Origin: Octopus vulgaris
Taxonomy: Eukaryota
Length of the DNA stretch: 64,000 bases
Assembly (NCBI GenBank): GCA_951406725.2
Contig: OX597833.1
Span: forward strand, 21,204,001-21,268,000
Direction of reading: 5' to 3'
Below, in pieces: positions 15,016-29,125 of this stretch. How positions within the stretch are numbered: position 1 is the stretch's first letter; each line of letters starts with the position of its first letter. The notes beneath the pieces were generated by a model. The model was not told the DNA's origin, searched no databases, and worked only from the letters and a program-made list of their open reading frames with translations. A program made the position numbers and the translations under genes.

Positions 15016-15060
<45 letters not shown>

Positions 15061-15174
15061 GTAATAGTAATACTTAAATAAAGCCAACATTATTTTATCA
15101 CTGGAAAAAGATATGCAAGCTTAAATGGCGAAATGATTGCTAAGTCTGGATACGTATATATATGTGGATATTAA

Positions 15175-15220
<46 letters not shown>

Positions 15221-15619
15221 ATCTGAACATGTATGTGCGTGTGTGTGTGTGTGTACGCACCCAGTCACTCTCAAATCACTCGCTTCACCTGCTCTCTTCA
15301 CCCATTTTGTCTGTAAACTTTTGGCAAACAGACACAATTATCTCTTCAAATATAAATGAAATTTTACAAACATTAAACAAACTGGAATATCGCAGATGAA
15401 AGTATGGATTACACAACATTGTTCAACTCAAGCTGTACTGAACGAAACCTCATTATTTAGGAAAACTTTCCTATCGTATGCCATGAAAGATAATAGAAAC
15501 ACAGAGTTAATTTCATTTTGTTGACATAAACTAAAATATCTATTTAAATATTATACAAAACCAAATTGATAATTTGACGTTAAATTCAGAATTATTTTAC
15601 ATACTTCAAATATTGATGT

Positions 15620-15985
15620 CAAACTTGGACACAAGGCCATCAATTTCAAGGAGTAAATCGATTACATTGATCCCAGTTGTCAACACGTTCATATTTTATC
15701 GATTCCGTCATGATGAGTGTCTGAAAGGCTAAGTCGATCTTGGTTCACGTGGAATTTGAACTCAGAACATAAAGACGGACGAAATGCTATTAAGCATTTT
15801 ACCCGACGGGTTAGCGATTCTGCCAGCTTGCCGCCTCACATAATTAAAATAATATTTTCAAACTTTGACACAAGACTAGCAAATTCGAAGGACTGGGTAA
15901 GTCGATTAAATCGACCCCAGTGTTCCACTGATATTTATTTTGTCGACCCTGAAAGGATGAAAGACAAAGTCGACCTTGGCGGAAT
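15620..15985 (-). mobile_element. Two SINE family B copies or fragments
   Basis: Family-B motifs repeated at 15620-15836 and 15860-15985. Confidence 0.8.
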
Positions 15986-16029
15986 ACATACTTCAAATAT
16001 TAACATTTATATATTTTTCTATATCATGT

Positions 16030-16271
16030 ATTTTTTACTTGTTTCAGTCATTGGACTGCAGCCATGTTGGGGCGACACCTCGAGGGATTTTTGTGGAACA
16101 GATCGATCCCAGAACGTATGGTTTGGTACTTATATCGTTTTCTTTGGCCGAATCGCTATGTTACGGGGACGTAACAAGATAACAGTTATTAGCAAGTGAT
16201 TAAGGGGTTGACAAACACAGAAACACAGGCACACACAAATAGACACACACACACACACACACACACACATG

Positions 16272-16321
<50 letters not shown>

Positions 16322-16420
16322 CGCATATAAAAGATATTTACTCAAGGTACTGTTCAGTGGAACTGAACTTGAATCTGTGAGACAGCAAAGCAAGCTTGTT
16401 AACCATACAGCCATGCCTTC
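16030..16420 (-). mobile_element. SINE family A, diverged
   Basis: Tail, (CA)n core and decayed head, in order. Confidence 0.8.
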
Positions 16421-16792
16421 ACCTATATCCAGCCATGTCTGCGCCCCTATTTATGATATTTCGATTGGATTTAGATAACTAAAACATTTCACTGGTTAAT
16501 TTCCACACGATTTGTAACAATCCAACGTTTACACATAAATCGTTCGTATGTCAACACTTGTATTGTTTAATGCGTCGAATGGTTGAAGACACAAAACGCT
16601 TAAATGCTATCAGAAGCAACAAAACCAAACATCAACTTCTAATTCGAGTGGGGAAGATTGACAAGGAAACTATAAAACTGCCATCTATATCCTTGTTTAT
16701 ATTCGCATAAACACATGCGCCAATACTTTAAGTAGACAAGTATTATTCTCGCCTATCTGACTATCATATATATATATATATACATACATATA

Positions 16793-17070
16793 GTTGGAAT
16801 TTACAAAAAATAAACAAAACAAAAGACGAAGACAGGTGTGTAAACAACAAACAGATGTATTAGTTTAACACTCGGAAAGTGAGAAAGTCTTTCGGTTTCG
16901 AGCCTACGTTCTTCAACAGAAAGGAACGCAGGAAATAAAAAGAGAGAGAAAATAAAAGCGGTTTAGTGGCTAGCGATCAATCATGGCGAATGCCAGACAG
17001 AGGTGTTCATACAGGAGAGCTAGGAAGAAGGGGAGATAATAAAGTAGTGGTGATCCCAAAATGAAGACAT
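16793..17070 (-). mobile_element. Putative Penelope-like terminal repeat fragment with a degenerate hammerhead core
   Basis: Minus strand reads TTGAAGAacgtaggctcGAAAc, then a T-rich end abutting (TA)n. Homologous to 26640-26845 and 56240-56285. Confidence 0.55.
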
Positions 17071-17280
17071 AGTTTATATTCATTTAAATAAGAAAAAGAA
17101 AATGGAGATTGGAAAGTTAATAATGACTTAATATCAACTGCAAATTAATCATCTTTACTTACAATTAACCATCAGAAAATATTAAATTAATATTCGTATG
17201 ACCTGAGCATAATATCTTCAGAGAAAAAAGATATACCCTTGGATGTTGTATATATGTTTATGGATTCATTATGGCTGACT

Positions 17281-17497
17281 GAAAGACGGCGAGCTGGCAA
17301 ATCGTTAGCACGCTGGGCGAAATACTTAGCGGTATTTGGCCCGTCGCCACGTTCTGAGTTCAAATTCCAACGAGCTCGACTTTGCATCTCATCCTTTCGG
17401 GGCCGATAAATTAAGTACCAGTGAAACACTGGGGTCGATATAATCGACTAGTCCCCAGCCCACAAATTTGAGGCATTGTGCGTCCAGTAGAAAAGAT
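17281..17497 (+). mobile_element. SINE family B, full monomer
   Basis: ggcgagctggcaaatcgttagcacg..gagttcaaattcc..catcctttcggggccgataaattaagtacc..ttgtgcgtccagtagaaaag. Confidence 0.9.
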
Positions 17498-17584
17498 TAT
17501 AGTAGACTGAATGTTACGGTTTATTATTTGTATTATATTCAGTGGGTTTGCATGTTGATTGGGGATAAGACAGAGTAGGTAAAT

Positions 17585-18345
<761 letters not shown>

Positions 18346-18728
18346 AGAGCGAAAGAGATTAATAGATATCAACATATGTTTATATGTATACAAACACAAA
18401 CAAAAGCGTACGTATATATTTATATACAGTTAAAGCATGAGTGCGCATTTATGTGCGTACATACATATGCATACATGCATAAATGAATTCATATATATAT
18501 ATATACATACGCATAATGGCCTCCAGGCACACAAATACGCTGGTACAAAACATATACATAGATGAATACAGACGACATCGCAGACGACATCGCAGACGAC
18601 ATTCGAGTGCCGCCTCATATCACTCAGGCACCACTTCATGGACAGTGTAGAGACAAATTCGTACATCACGTGCATATTAAGCAGTGATTGCAGTGATATA
18701 TATATATATATATATATATATTTATTTA

Positions 18729-18764
<36 letters not shown>

Positions 18765-18917
18765 TGTGTGTGTACATATATATAGGATGAGAAAAACTTG
18801 CGTGCGTACTAAGAGTGACGAGATCTACTAAAGGATGGACTTGGAGTAGAAATGCTTATCATATCAGGTGAAAGTAATGCATCTTTATTTATCCCATAAT
18901 CTAGAGAACATGTGTGA

Positions 18918-19451
18918 ATGTGTGGTAACATGTATCCTTCTCAACCACATGGTTCTGGGCTCAGTCCCACTGCGTGGCACTTTAGGCGGGTGTCTTCTAC
19001 TATAGCGTTCGGCTGATCAAAGCTTTGTGAGTGGTTTTGCAAGACGGAAACTGAAAAAAGCCAGTCGTGTATGTATATATATATATGAGCGTGTGTGTGT
19101 GTGTAACAAACATATAAGCTCCACATGTGTCGATAAACTACTGAAAAATAAAGCAATTCGTGAATGCAGGAAGGCTGTGTGTGTGTTTGTTTGTATGTGT
19201 GTGTGTGTGAGTGTGTGTGCCTGTTTGTCTATCTGTCTGGCTTTGTGTGTGTGTTTATGTCTATGTTTATCCCCACCACTTGACAAACGGTGTTGCTGTG
19301 TTTTACGTCCTCGTAACTTAGCGGTTCGCAAAAAAAAATGATAGAATATGTACCAGACTTAAAAGAGGTCGATTCGTTCGGCTAAAATTTTTGAAGGCGG
19401 TGCCCCATCATGGCCGCAGTCTAATGACTGAAACAAGTTAAAAGATAAAGA
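18918..19451 (+). mobile_element. SINE family A, diverged, with a short insert in the core
   Basis: Head, central GT tract and tail gactgaaacaagttaaaagataaag. Confidence 0.85.
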
Positions 19452-19454
19452 AGT

Positions 19455-19590
19455 GTTTTCTGGACCTGCGATAAATAGATCACATATCACCTGTTGCAAC
19501 CTAAAGACCTTTGACCTGTACGTTGCAACAGAAAATGTCGACCGGACAACTGGCGTTGAAGATGTTAGCCATATCAATAGATGTCCTATA
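19455..19590 (+). pseudogene. R4/Dong-type non-LTR retrotransposon fragment (CCHC region)
   Basis: Frameshifted translation WTCDK*IT..KCR..GVEDVSHI.RCP. Homologous to 20270-20560. Confidence 0.6.
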
Positions 19591-19595
19591 ATAAT

Positions 19596-20240
19596 GGTTT
19601 CAAATTTTGGCACAATGCCAGCTAGGGGGAGGGGGTAAGTCATTCACATCAACCCCAGTGCTCAACTGGTTCTTAGTTTATCGATCTCGAAAGGACGAAA
19701 GGCAAAGTCGACATCGATAGAATTGAACCTCAGAACGTAAAAACAGACGAAATGCCGCTAAGAATTTTCTGCGTCATGCTAACGATTCTGCCTGCTCGCC
19801 TCCTTAGCGGTCCGATAATATTGGCACAGGGCTAGCAATTTCGAGGGAACGCCTAAGTCGATTACATCGACTCTAGGTCTCAGCTGATGCTTAATTTATC
19901 GACTCTTAAAGGACGAAAAGCAAAATCGACCTCTCCGGAATTTGAGCTCGGAACTTGTTTAAGAACGGACGCAATGCCGCAAAGTTCGTCTGGTGTGTTA
20001 ACGATTCTGCCTGCTCGCCTCCTTAACGGTCCGATAATGATGGCATAAGGCGAGCAATTTCTAGGGAACGGCTAAGTTGATTACATCGACTTTAGGTCTC
20101 AGCTGATGTTTAATTTATCGACTCCGAAAGGACGAAAAGCAAAATCGACCTCTCCGGAATTTGAGCTCGGAACGTTTAAGAACGGACGCAATGCAGCATA
20201 GTTCGTCTGGTGTGTTAACGATTCTGCCTGCTCGCCGCTT
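19596..20240 (-). mobile_element. Three head-to-tail SINE family B copies (~220-bp period)
   Basis: aacgattctgcctgctcgcc recurs at 19781, 20000 and 20217. Confidence 0.92.
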
Positions 20241-20269
20241 TGACTGTTCAATAATATTGAAAGAAATAG

Positions 20270-20560
20270 TAACTTCTCCTGGTCCTGCAATAAATGCATC
20301 ACATTTGACCTGGAAGGTTGCACCTTTGCTTCCAGAAACAGGAGACAGCTAATGAATATCTTACTTACAAGAGATAAGCAAGACCCTAAACCTCTAGGTA
20401 GTGATGGAAAATATCGATTGCACCATACAAGCGTGTAAGATATCACCCATATATCATCATCTGTCCAGCAATGTCCGCACGATACTACTGACCTATGAGG
20501 GATGATATTGTTGCTAAAACCTACAATGCTATACACAAGACTACCCTGACTGGAATACAA
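20270..20560 (+). pseudogene. R4/Dong-type RLE retrotransposon fragment: zinc knuckle and RHD region
   Basis: Across frameshifts: LEGCTFA..QKQETANEYLTYKR..KYRLHHTSV*DITHISS.CPAMSARYY*PMRDDIVAKT. This fits the CRLC..E..HI.S.C..RHD motif of RLE-type LINEs. Confidence 0.75.
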
Positions 20561-21029
20561 ACGTTACACAAGAACTAATATGTACCAGTGCCTTTCAAAC
20601 TACGAATACTAATAGAATATTCCACTGAAAACAGTAACGCTGTATAAGCAGAATAGGTTAAGTATTTTTCTAATGGTTAGGGAGCATAAGTCATGAACCG
20701 TTGTTGAGGTTAGTTGACCGGTGGATGTAAATGTTTCGTCGAAAATTGAGGAAAAAGAAAACATATATAAGAAACTCACAGTTCTTTTACGCAGGCTATA
20801 AATTTTCTTCTGTATCGATTATCATCGATGCACTGGACTACATCAAAACAGATATGCATAAGAACCTAGATATGCCGAGATTCTTCAAGTATGTATTCAG
20901 AAAGTGTAAATGCTTGTGTTCTTCGAATACAATCGATAAAAGGTGCAATGAAACTTTGTAAAACATTTAGAGATTATTTATTTGAGGTTCATAGGTTGAA
21001 CTGTACGCAGAATCGCATGAACGTAAGGA

Positions 21030-21139
<110 letters not shown>

Positions 21140-21216
21140 CAAAGAAGAACACACTTGTGAACTAAAGTATGAGTGGAAGTTTACACATGCGAGAGCAAGC
21201 ACGCAAGCTAGCATGC

Positions 21217-21278
<62 letters not shown>

Positions 21279-21365
21279 CTGTAAATGTGATATGTGACAA
21301 TTATTCGGTAGCCATGATAAAACTCCGAGTTTCGGATGCCAAGGTGGAAATCCACGCCGCCGAGT
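21279..21365 (-). repeat. Partial second copy of the hammerhead-bearing repeat (lacks CUGANGA)
   Basis: Minus strand ggcggcgtggatttccacc..catccGAAActcggagttttatcatggctaccgaataattgtcac matches 23978-24060. Confidence 0.85.
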
Positions 21366-21421
21366 CCGCTGCATACATACATACATACATACATACATAC
21401 ATACATACATACATACATACA

Positions 21422-21683
21422 AAACAAGCCGGATATCAGTATTTTGGACAGACAAGAGCAAGTACGCTCCTTATAGAGATCAGCTGTGTTGCTGATGTGA
21501 ATATCTCTTCGAAGATCAAGGAGAAGGTGGATAACTACGAACAACTGTTACGAAACCACCGGTTTCTATATCCAGAATATAAATTCGCATTAATAACAAT
21601 ACTAATTTGTGAGCTTGGTTTGCTGAGTAAATATCTATGTGATAATCTAGAAAAAGGTAGGATTTTCAGAAAAAGAAATCATA
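21422..21683 (+). pseudogene. R4/Dong-type restriction-like endonuclease fragment
   Basis: NKPDISILD, then a frameshift, then LLIEISCVADVNISSKIKEKVDNYEQLLRN..ITILICELG..NLEK. This is a PD-(D/E)xK-type motif, homologous to 39078-39375. Confidence 0.8.
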
Positions 21684-22736
<1,053 letters not shown>

Positions 22737-22924
22737 CCAACACGCACATTGCAAATACAATCTGTAAGCGAAACAGTTAATATAATGCAGGATTTTTCTC
22801 AATTTCAAAATGAGAATCTTTTTGTTATGTACATTCCGACGACATAGCTTCGTATCTTTATAAGAAACCAGTTTTTTTTTTCTTACAGGAAAACTTCGTG
22901 TAATTAAAATCTGAAGAGAAGATA

Positions 22925-22931
22925 CCTACAT

Positions 22932-22998
<67 letters not shown>

Positions 22999-23372
22999 TA
23001 CATACATACATACATACATACATACATACATACATACATACATACATACATACACACACATACACACATACATGCATACATACATACATACATACATACA
23101 TACACACACACAGATACACACATACATACATACATACATACATACATACATAATACATATATACATACATACATACACACACACATACACACATACATAC
23201 ACACACACACATACACACATACATACATACATACAAACACACATACACACACACATACATACATACATGTATACATGCATACACACATACATACATACAT
23301 ACATACATACATACATACATACATACATACATACATACATACATACATACATACATACATACATACATACAT
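22925..23372. repeat. (ACAT)n/(CA)n compound microsatellite, ~450 bp
   Basis: Seen directly. Confidence 0.97.
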
Positions 23373-23580
23373 CGGAATGAGATCAAACTTTTTCTTATCA
23401 GTTTCATGAAGGAAAAAGTAAACATCAATATAGGACACTCAACTTGCGAAGAACATAAATGCTTTTTTATATAATGAAATCAGGATTTCTAAACTTTATC
23501 TGGATTCAGATTTTCCTTCTCTGTTCAGCACAGAACAAGAAGTTATTACGTCTACTGTAAAAACAAAATAAAAGAAGCTA
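23373..23580 (+). pseudogene. Possible decayed R4/Dong-type fragment (post-RT region)
   Basis: MKSGFL..LLCSAQ/EQEVIT./YCKNKIKE across frameshifts resembles the AIQEQEIATKY motif at 39663-39884. Confidence 0.4.
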
Positions 23581-23950
23581 TTCTACTTGATGAAAACAGA
23601 AGTGATAATTCTATGTTATGAGAATGGTGAGCCCGCGCCTGTATATTAACACGTATATATACATACACACATATATATATATACACACACAATAGGGTTT
23701 TTAATAATATGCTCTTATTTATAACTTTATCTACTTCAAGTTCCGTTAAAACGATTTATTTCGACACTCACGAAGGTTTTTTCAATAAATAAACATATAT
23801 ACACACACAAACACACATTTATGTACATATGTACGTATGTATATATACACATACACACACACACACATGCACACACACACGCACACACACACACACACAC
23901 ATATATACACATATATATGTATGTATGTATGTATGATTTTCATAGCATTT

Positions 23951-24035
23951 TTCCGATGGCCGGATAACTGAAGAGATGGCGGCGTGGATATCCACCCCGA
24001 CATGCGAAACTCGGAGTTTTATCATGGCTACCGAA
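23951..24035 (+). ncRNA. Type I hammerhead ribozyme motif within a dispersed repeat (23937-24128)
   Basis: Stem I gataa(23963-67)/ttatc(24019-23). Core CTGAAGA at 23968-74. Long stem II at 23975-24005. GAAA at 24006-09. Stem III actc-g-gagt. Cleavage triplet GUU ending at 24018. Confidence 0.7.
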
Positions 24036-24125
24036 TAATTGTCACACATTACATTTACAGATAAATTCCTCTATTTACATAATATCGAGATCTCTTTCAT
24101 TCTTTTGTTGTCTTACCATTTCTAT

Positions 24126-24223
<98 letters not shown>

Positions 24224-24743
24224 ATATATATATATATATATATATATACATGTGAGAAAGGTTGACTTCAATTTCATCCATTTTCTTTGGTGGGTACATA
24301 GTTAGACTCAACACTACCTAAGCATGATACTGTATTTCATCTTTCATAATAATATTATGAATATCCGAATGAGTCACGTGACATGGACTCCATATAGTCT
24401 TCTGTAACAGCATAATATTCTGATAATTTCTTTCTGACGAATTCTTCTTTTTACATTGAGGAGAATGGTAATATGTAATTAAATTAATTTAGTTATAATT
24501 ATAATTAATTAATTTGATTTTTTCCATGTTTCTTACATGTTGGTATTACCATTCGAAACGATCGTATGCATGAATTAAAATTTTATAAAATTTTTAACAT
24601 CTTCTCTTCGCCATCTTTAACTCTTTCCTGAGATTTTATAGGATAAGTGTAACTATAAATGCTCATAACGTACCTTATAGTTGTAAATTTTTACACACAC
24701 ACGCACACACACACATATATATCTATATCTATCTATCTATCTA

Positions 24744-24807
<64 letters not shown>

Positions 24808-24819
24808 TACACACACACA

Positions 24820-24871
<52 letters not shown>

Positions 24872-25005
24872 GGTTGTATACTGTCAATCTAACAAGAACG
24901 TGACAGTAGGGGGTACACCACCGTTATATAGCCCTAGGAGGCATCGAACGCCTCCTGACAGCTTCGACACATTTTATCCTGTGTCCTTATAGAAACTCAA
25001 TATTT

Positions 25006-25083
<78 letters not shown>

Positions 25084-25125
25084 GATATACATTTATATAT
25101 ATATATGTATATATACATACATATA

Positions 25126-25510
25126 CAGGGGTTGAACAAAATAATAGCAACACCTAGCATCATAGCATCATAATTTTAAAATATTTATAAATCTGTGAAA
25201 GGCTTGTATATATTATTTTTTTATTAGTGTTGCTTATTATGTTTTGCTAAAATTGCTGTTTTTTTTTCAGGTATCATCAGATAAAGGTAATTAAAATTCA
25301 TTAAAATGACAGATCCATCGGACTTTCAAAGAGGTCAAATTATTGGTGCTCGTATGGCAGGCATTAGTGTAACGAAAACAGCCGAAACGTTTGGTGTATC
25401 GAAAAGTACTGTCTCGAAAGTAATAACAAACTTTGAGAAAGAGGGAAAAACCACCTCGTCGAAACAAAACTTCGGAAGAAAACTAAAATTTTCAGATAGG
25501 GACAGTCGCC
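25126..25510 (+). mobile_element. Tc1/mariner (Tc1-like) transposon, 5' fragment
   Basis: TA followed by caggggttgaacaaaataatagcaacacc, a TIR-like start. The downstream ORF encodes a Tc1 N-terminal HTH. Confidence 0.85.
25306..25510 (+). pseudogene. Tc1-like transposase N-terminal DNA-binding domain, truncated before the DDE domain
   Basis: MTDPSDFQRGQIIGARMAGISVTKTAETFGVSKSTVSKVITNFEKEGKTTSSKQNFGRKLKFSDRD: an HTH plus a GRPR-like motif. Confidence 0.85.
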
Positions 25511-25514
25511 ATTT

Positions 25515-25680
25515 TTGCTGGTCAATCCTGGTCAGCAGCAATCATGAAGGTGATGCTCTTTAGAGATACAAGGTTGCTTAGGACTACACTATCTAATGTT
25601 CCCTTCCGTCTTACCAGACATTATGTAGTGATTTGAGGAATATTTAGCTGATTTTTCTAATAGATCCATTCACAAAATAG
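25515..25680 (+). repeat. Old unclassified interspersed repeat
   Basis: Motif gatttgag..atttagctg.tatttctag also occurs at ~26340, 47305 and 54375, and reversed at ~34210 and 36260. Confidence 0.55.
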
Positions 25681-25685
25681 AAGTA

Positions 25686-25742
<57 letters not shown>

Positions 25743-25829
25743 GTGCGTGCGTGCGTGCGTGCGTGCGTGCATGTGTGTGTTCGCTGCTATGTCGTTGTTA
25801 TAGGTTAGCCTCAGGTCAGTCAGCTTTGA

Positions 25830-26238
25830 TTACTCTTTACTCCTTTACTTCTTTCAGTCATTTGACTGCGGCTATGCTGGAGCACCCCCTTTAGTCGAGC
25901 AAATCGATCCCAGGACTTATTCCTTGGAAGCCTAGTACTTATTCTATCGGGCTCTTTTGCCGAACCGCTCGTTACGGGGACGTAAACAAACCGGCATCGG
26001 TTGTCAAGCGATGTTGGGAGGGTACAAACACAGACACACAAACACACACACACATACATATATATATACATATATACGACAGGCTTCTTTCATTTTCCGT
26101 CTACCAAAGCCACTCACAAGGCTTTGGTCGGCCCGAGGCTATAGTAGAAGACATTTGCCCAAGGTGCCACGCAGTGGGAATGAACCCGGAACCATGTGGT
26201 TGGTAAGCAAGCTACTTACCACACAGCCACTCCTGTGC
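25830..26238 (-). mobile_element. SINE family A, full length
   Basis: Reverse complement of the consensus. Confidence 0.93.
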
Positions 26239-26639
26239 TTGATTGATTAGAGCTACTGATCTATGGATCTATGATCAAAATCGTTCCGGTTATGACTATC
26301 GTATCTCTATGCGTCTTTTTCTAAGACGATGAGGTATGATTTGAGAGCTATTTGGCTGTTGTTTCTAGTAGTGGTAACGTAGAGGTTTGCTTAATTGCTT
26401 GTGATGTTACTGTTAGTTTTACGGCTGCTGTTATAGCTGCGTCTGTTGTTGCAGATGTTTTCCCTTGCTAATATTTTATGACTGCGTTTCAAATTTTCCG
26501 TTTCATATTACACTTGACTAATAAAAACGATCAAAACGTCTGTCAACATATTTTTATTTCTCTTCTAAAAAAGAAAAAAGCTAAAACACATTAAAAAGAA
26601 CTTCGTGTGTATGTGCTCACAAACGTGTGTGTGTGTGTT

Positions 26640-26845
26640 CGCTTCTATTTCTCCATTTTTCCTGTTCTGTTCTTTTCTCTCCTTGTCTGTTCTTTCTTTC
26701 AGAAGAGGAGTGAATACTCGAAACGTAAAAAGACATTTCCTTCTTTTTCACTTTCCCATTTCCTATCAAACCTAATATTCTCAGTGTTTGTGTTTTTCTG
26801 TTGTATTTTCTGTCGTCTTTCTGTTGTATTTTTACACCACATATA
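26640..26845 (+). mobile_element. Putative Penelope-like terminal repeat fragment with a degenerate minimal hammerhead
   Basis: tcttt CAGAAGA ggagtgaatactc GAAA cg TA aaaaga at 26695-26733. Same layout as 16793-16960 reversed. Confidence 0.55.
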
Positions 26846-26949
26846 ATGTGTGAATGTGTGTCTATGTCGGTGTGTGTGTATGGGTGTATGTATCCGTTAT
26901 ATATATATGCTTTATATATGTATGTATATATATTTCAATATATGTTTTA

Positions 26950-27004
<55 letters not shown>

Positions 27005-27136
27005 TATAATATATATATATATATATATACACACATACATATTATATATATGTGTCACTCTCTCTGTGTCTGTCTCTGTCTGTCTGTCTGTCTGTCTGTC
27101 TCTGTCTCTGTCTGTCTTTCTGTCTGTCTGTCTGTC

Positions 27137-27235
<99 letters not shown>

Positions 27236-27822
27236 GTTTTCTAAAATCGATCGCTGCACGGTCGCCTTTATAACCTCGGCTTCCTTCGTTCCATTGAAAT
27301 GTCTGATAAGAGATAATTTAACACTTTAACATCAGAACTTCTAAAGTGTCATCCACAACGACCATTCTAGAAATATTTAGATTTATTTCACCAAACCAAA
27401 GTCAAACGAAATGAAAAGGAAAAATAGATAATAGTAACAATCACTAATGACTTTAATTTTCGGAAAACTATGTTCAAAGAAAGGGGCGTGAAGATCATAT
27501 TCTCTGATGATGGTCTTTGTGATGAGGAAAATAAAGGTCGAAGCAAAAATTGGCCGGCTCTGTCCTTCTTCATACAGAGTGTCAACGTTTTCAAGTAGGC
27601 TGCATTAGTAATAAAAGGGGTGCTGAGAAGACAAGATCGGTAGTAAAGAGGCGGAAAGCAAAATGCCTTGAAGGGTTTTGTTGTAAACTTTTTACGTTCT
27701 GAGCTCGCTTCCTACAGAGGTCAACTTTGCTTTTCATTCGACTGGGATCGATAAAACAAGTCAAGCACCAGTCAAAGAAATATTTTGGTCAATATATCGA
27801 CTATTTCTTCTTCTTCATACCC

Positions 27823-27869
<47 letters not shown>

Positions 27870-28940
27870 ACTCACTCTTTCTTTCTCACTCTCTCTCTCT
27901 CTCCAAGAATTTTTAACTTATATCTTACAAAAGATTTCATCAAGACACGCAAGGAAAATATGAATCAAACTTTGGAACGAAGCAGTCTTAAAAATACGTA
28001 ATGCAACCTGCACATGTTTCATTCAGACAAGTATACATATAAATAACCTTGATGTATTTACAAAAGCGGTTGTATTTCATTTTAGCAATATTATATACAC
28101 AAGAAATGATGGACATATTTCCTATATACCGCGGCTTAAATATTACAATGAAGTCAATGTACGCCTTCATCTCTTTGCCATGCTTTTCTACACATAGGTA
28201 CTTTTTTTATTGCTCTATCGATTAATTAATACACAATTATTATCTTTTTCTTTCTTTTTTTTATGGATGCAGTATGGCAACGGGCTTAAGAAGTTTGCTT
28301 TGCAATCACAAGATGTTGCGTTCGATTCCATTTTGTGGTTAAGAAGTTCGCCTCGCAACCACATGTTTCCGGGTCTAGTCCCGGAAAGGGCCCGGGAACA
28401 GAGGGTGCAGGTGTTGCGCTTGCACCTGGTAAAATTTTTAGGCAGTACAAAATCAAAATTTGTACTCCCCTACATACTTTGCCGGGTTTAGAAAACAGTG
28501 TCTAAAAATTGATCTGTAAAAAGGTGTTTCATGTTAGGTTTCTTCCCAAAACAACAAAAAGCAAAAATAAATTTTTAAAAAGTCCAAAATGTTTACTGGT
28601 GAAGCTGGTAATAAAATTCCCAAGGGAATTCTCTAGAAAGAAATACTACTGAACAAAAACATCGTCAACATCAAAATTAAAAGTATATACATATAGCAGC
28701 AGCAGCAGCAGCTGTTCAAGAATTTGGACCTGGAGATCTCCATTTCCTGCGACTTCGAGGGCCACCTCCCAGTGGTGTCGGGCGTCAACGAAGAGCCCTC
28801 GACTACAACAAGCCGACCAATTTTTTTTTCCAAAGTCTGGAGTCTCCCGCCCCTAACGCTAGACCATCACCTAATCACCCTTACCCGTCTTGTTGCTTAA
28901 CAACAACAACAACAACAGCAGCAATGATAACAGCAAAGCA

Positions 28941-29125
28941 GTGGGGGCGCAATGGCCCAGTGGTTAGGGCAGCGGACTCGCGGTCGTAAGAACGCGGTTT
29001 CGATTCCCAGACCGGGCATTGTGAGTGTTTATTTAGCAAAAACACCTAAGCTCCACGAGTCTCCGGCAGGGTGGGTTGGACCCCGCTGTACTCTTTCACC
29101 ACAACTTTCTCTCACTCTTTCTTCC
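28941..29125 (+). mobile_element. SINE family C, 5' two-thirds
   Basis: Collinear with 32791-32980. Confidence 0.88.

Noticed and set aside
27498-27545. CTGATGA..GAAA..GTC hammerhead-like string
   Set aside because: No stem II or stem III pairing can be drawn.
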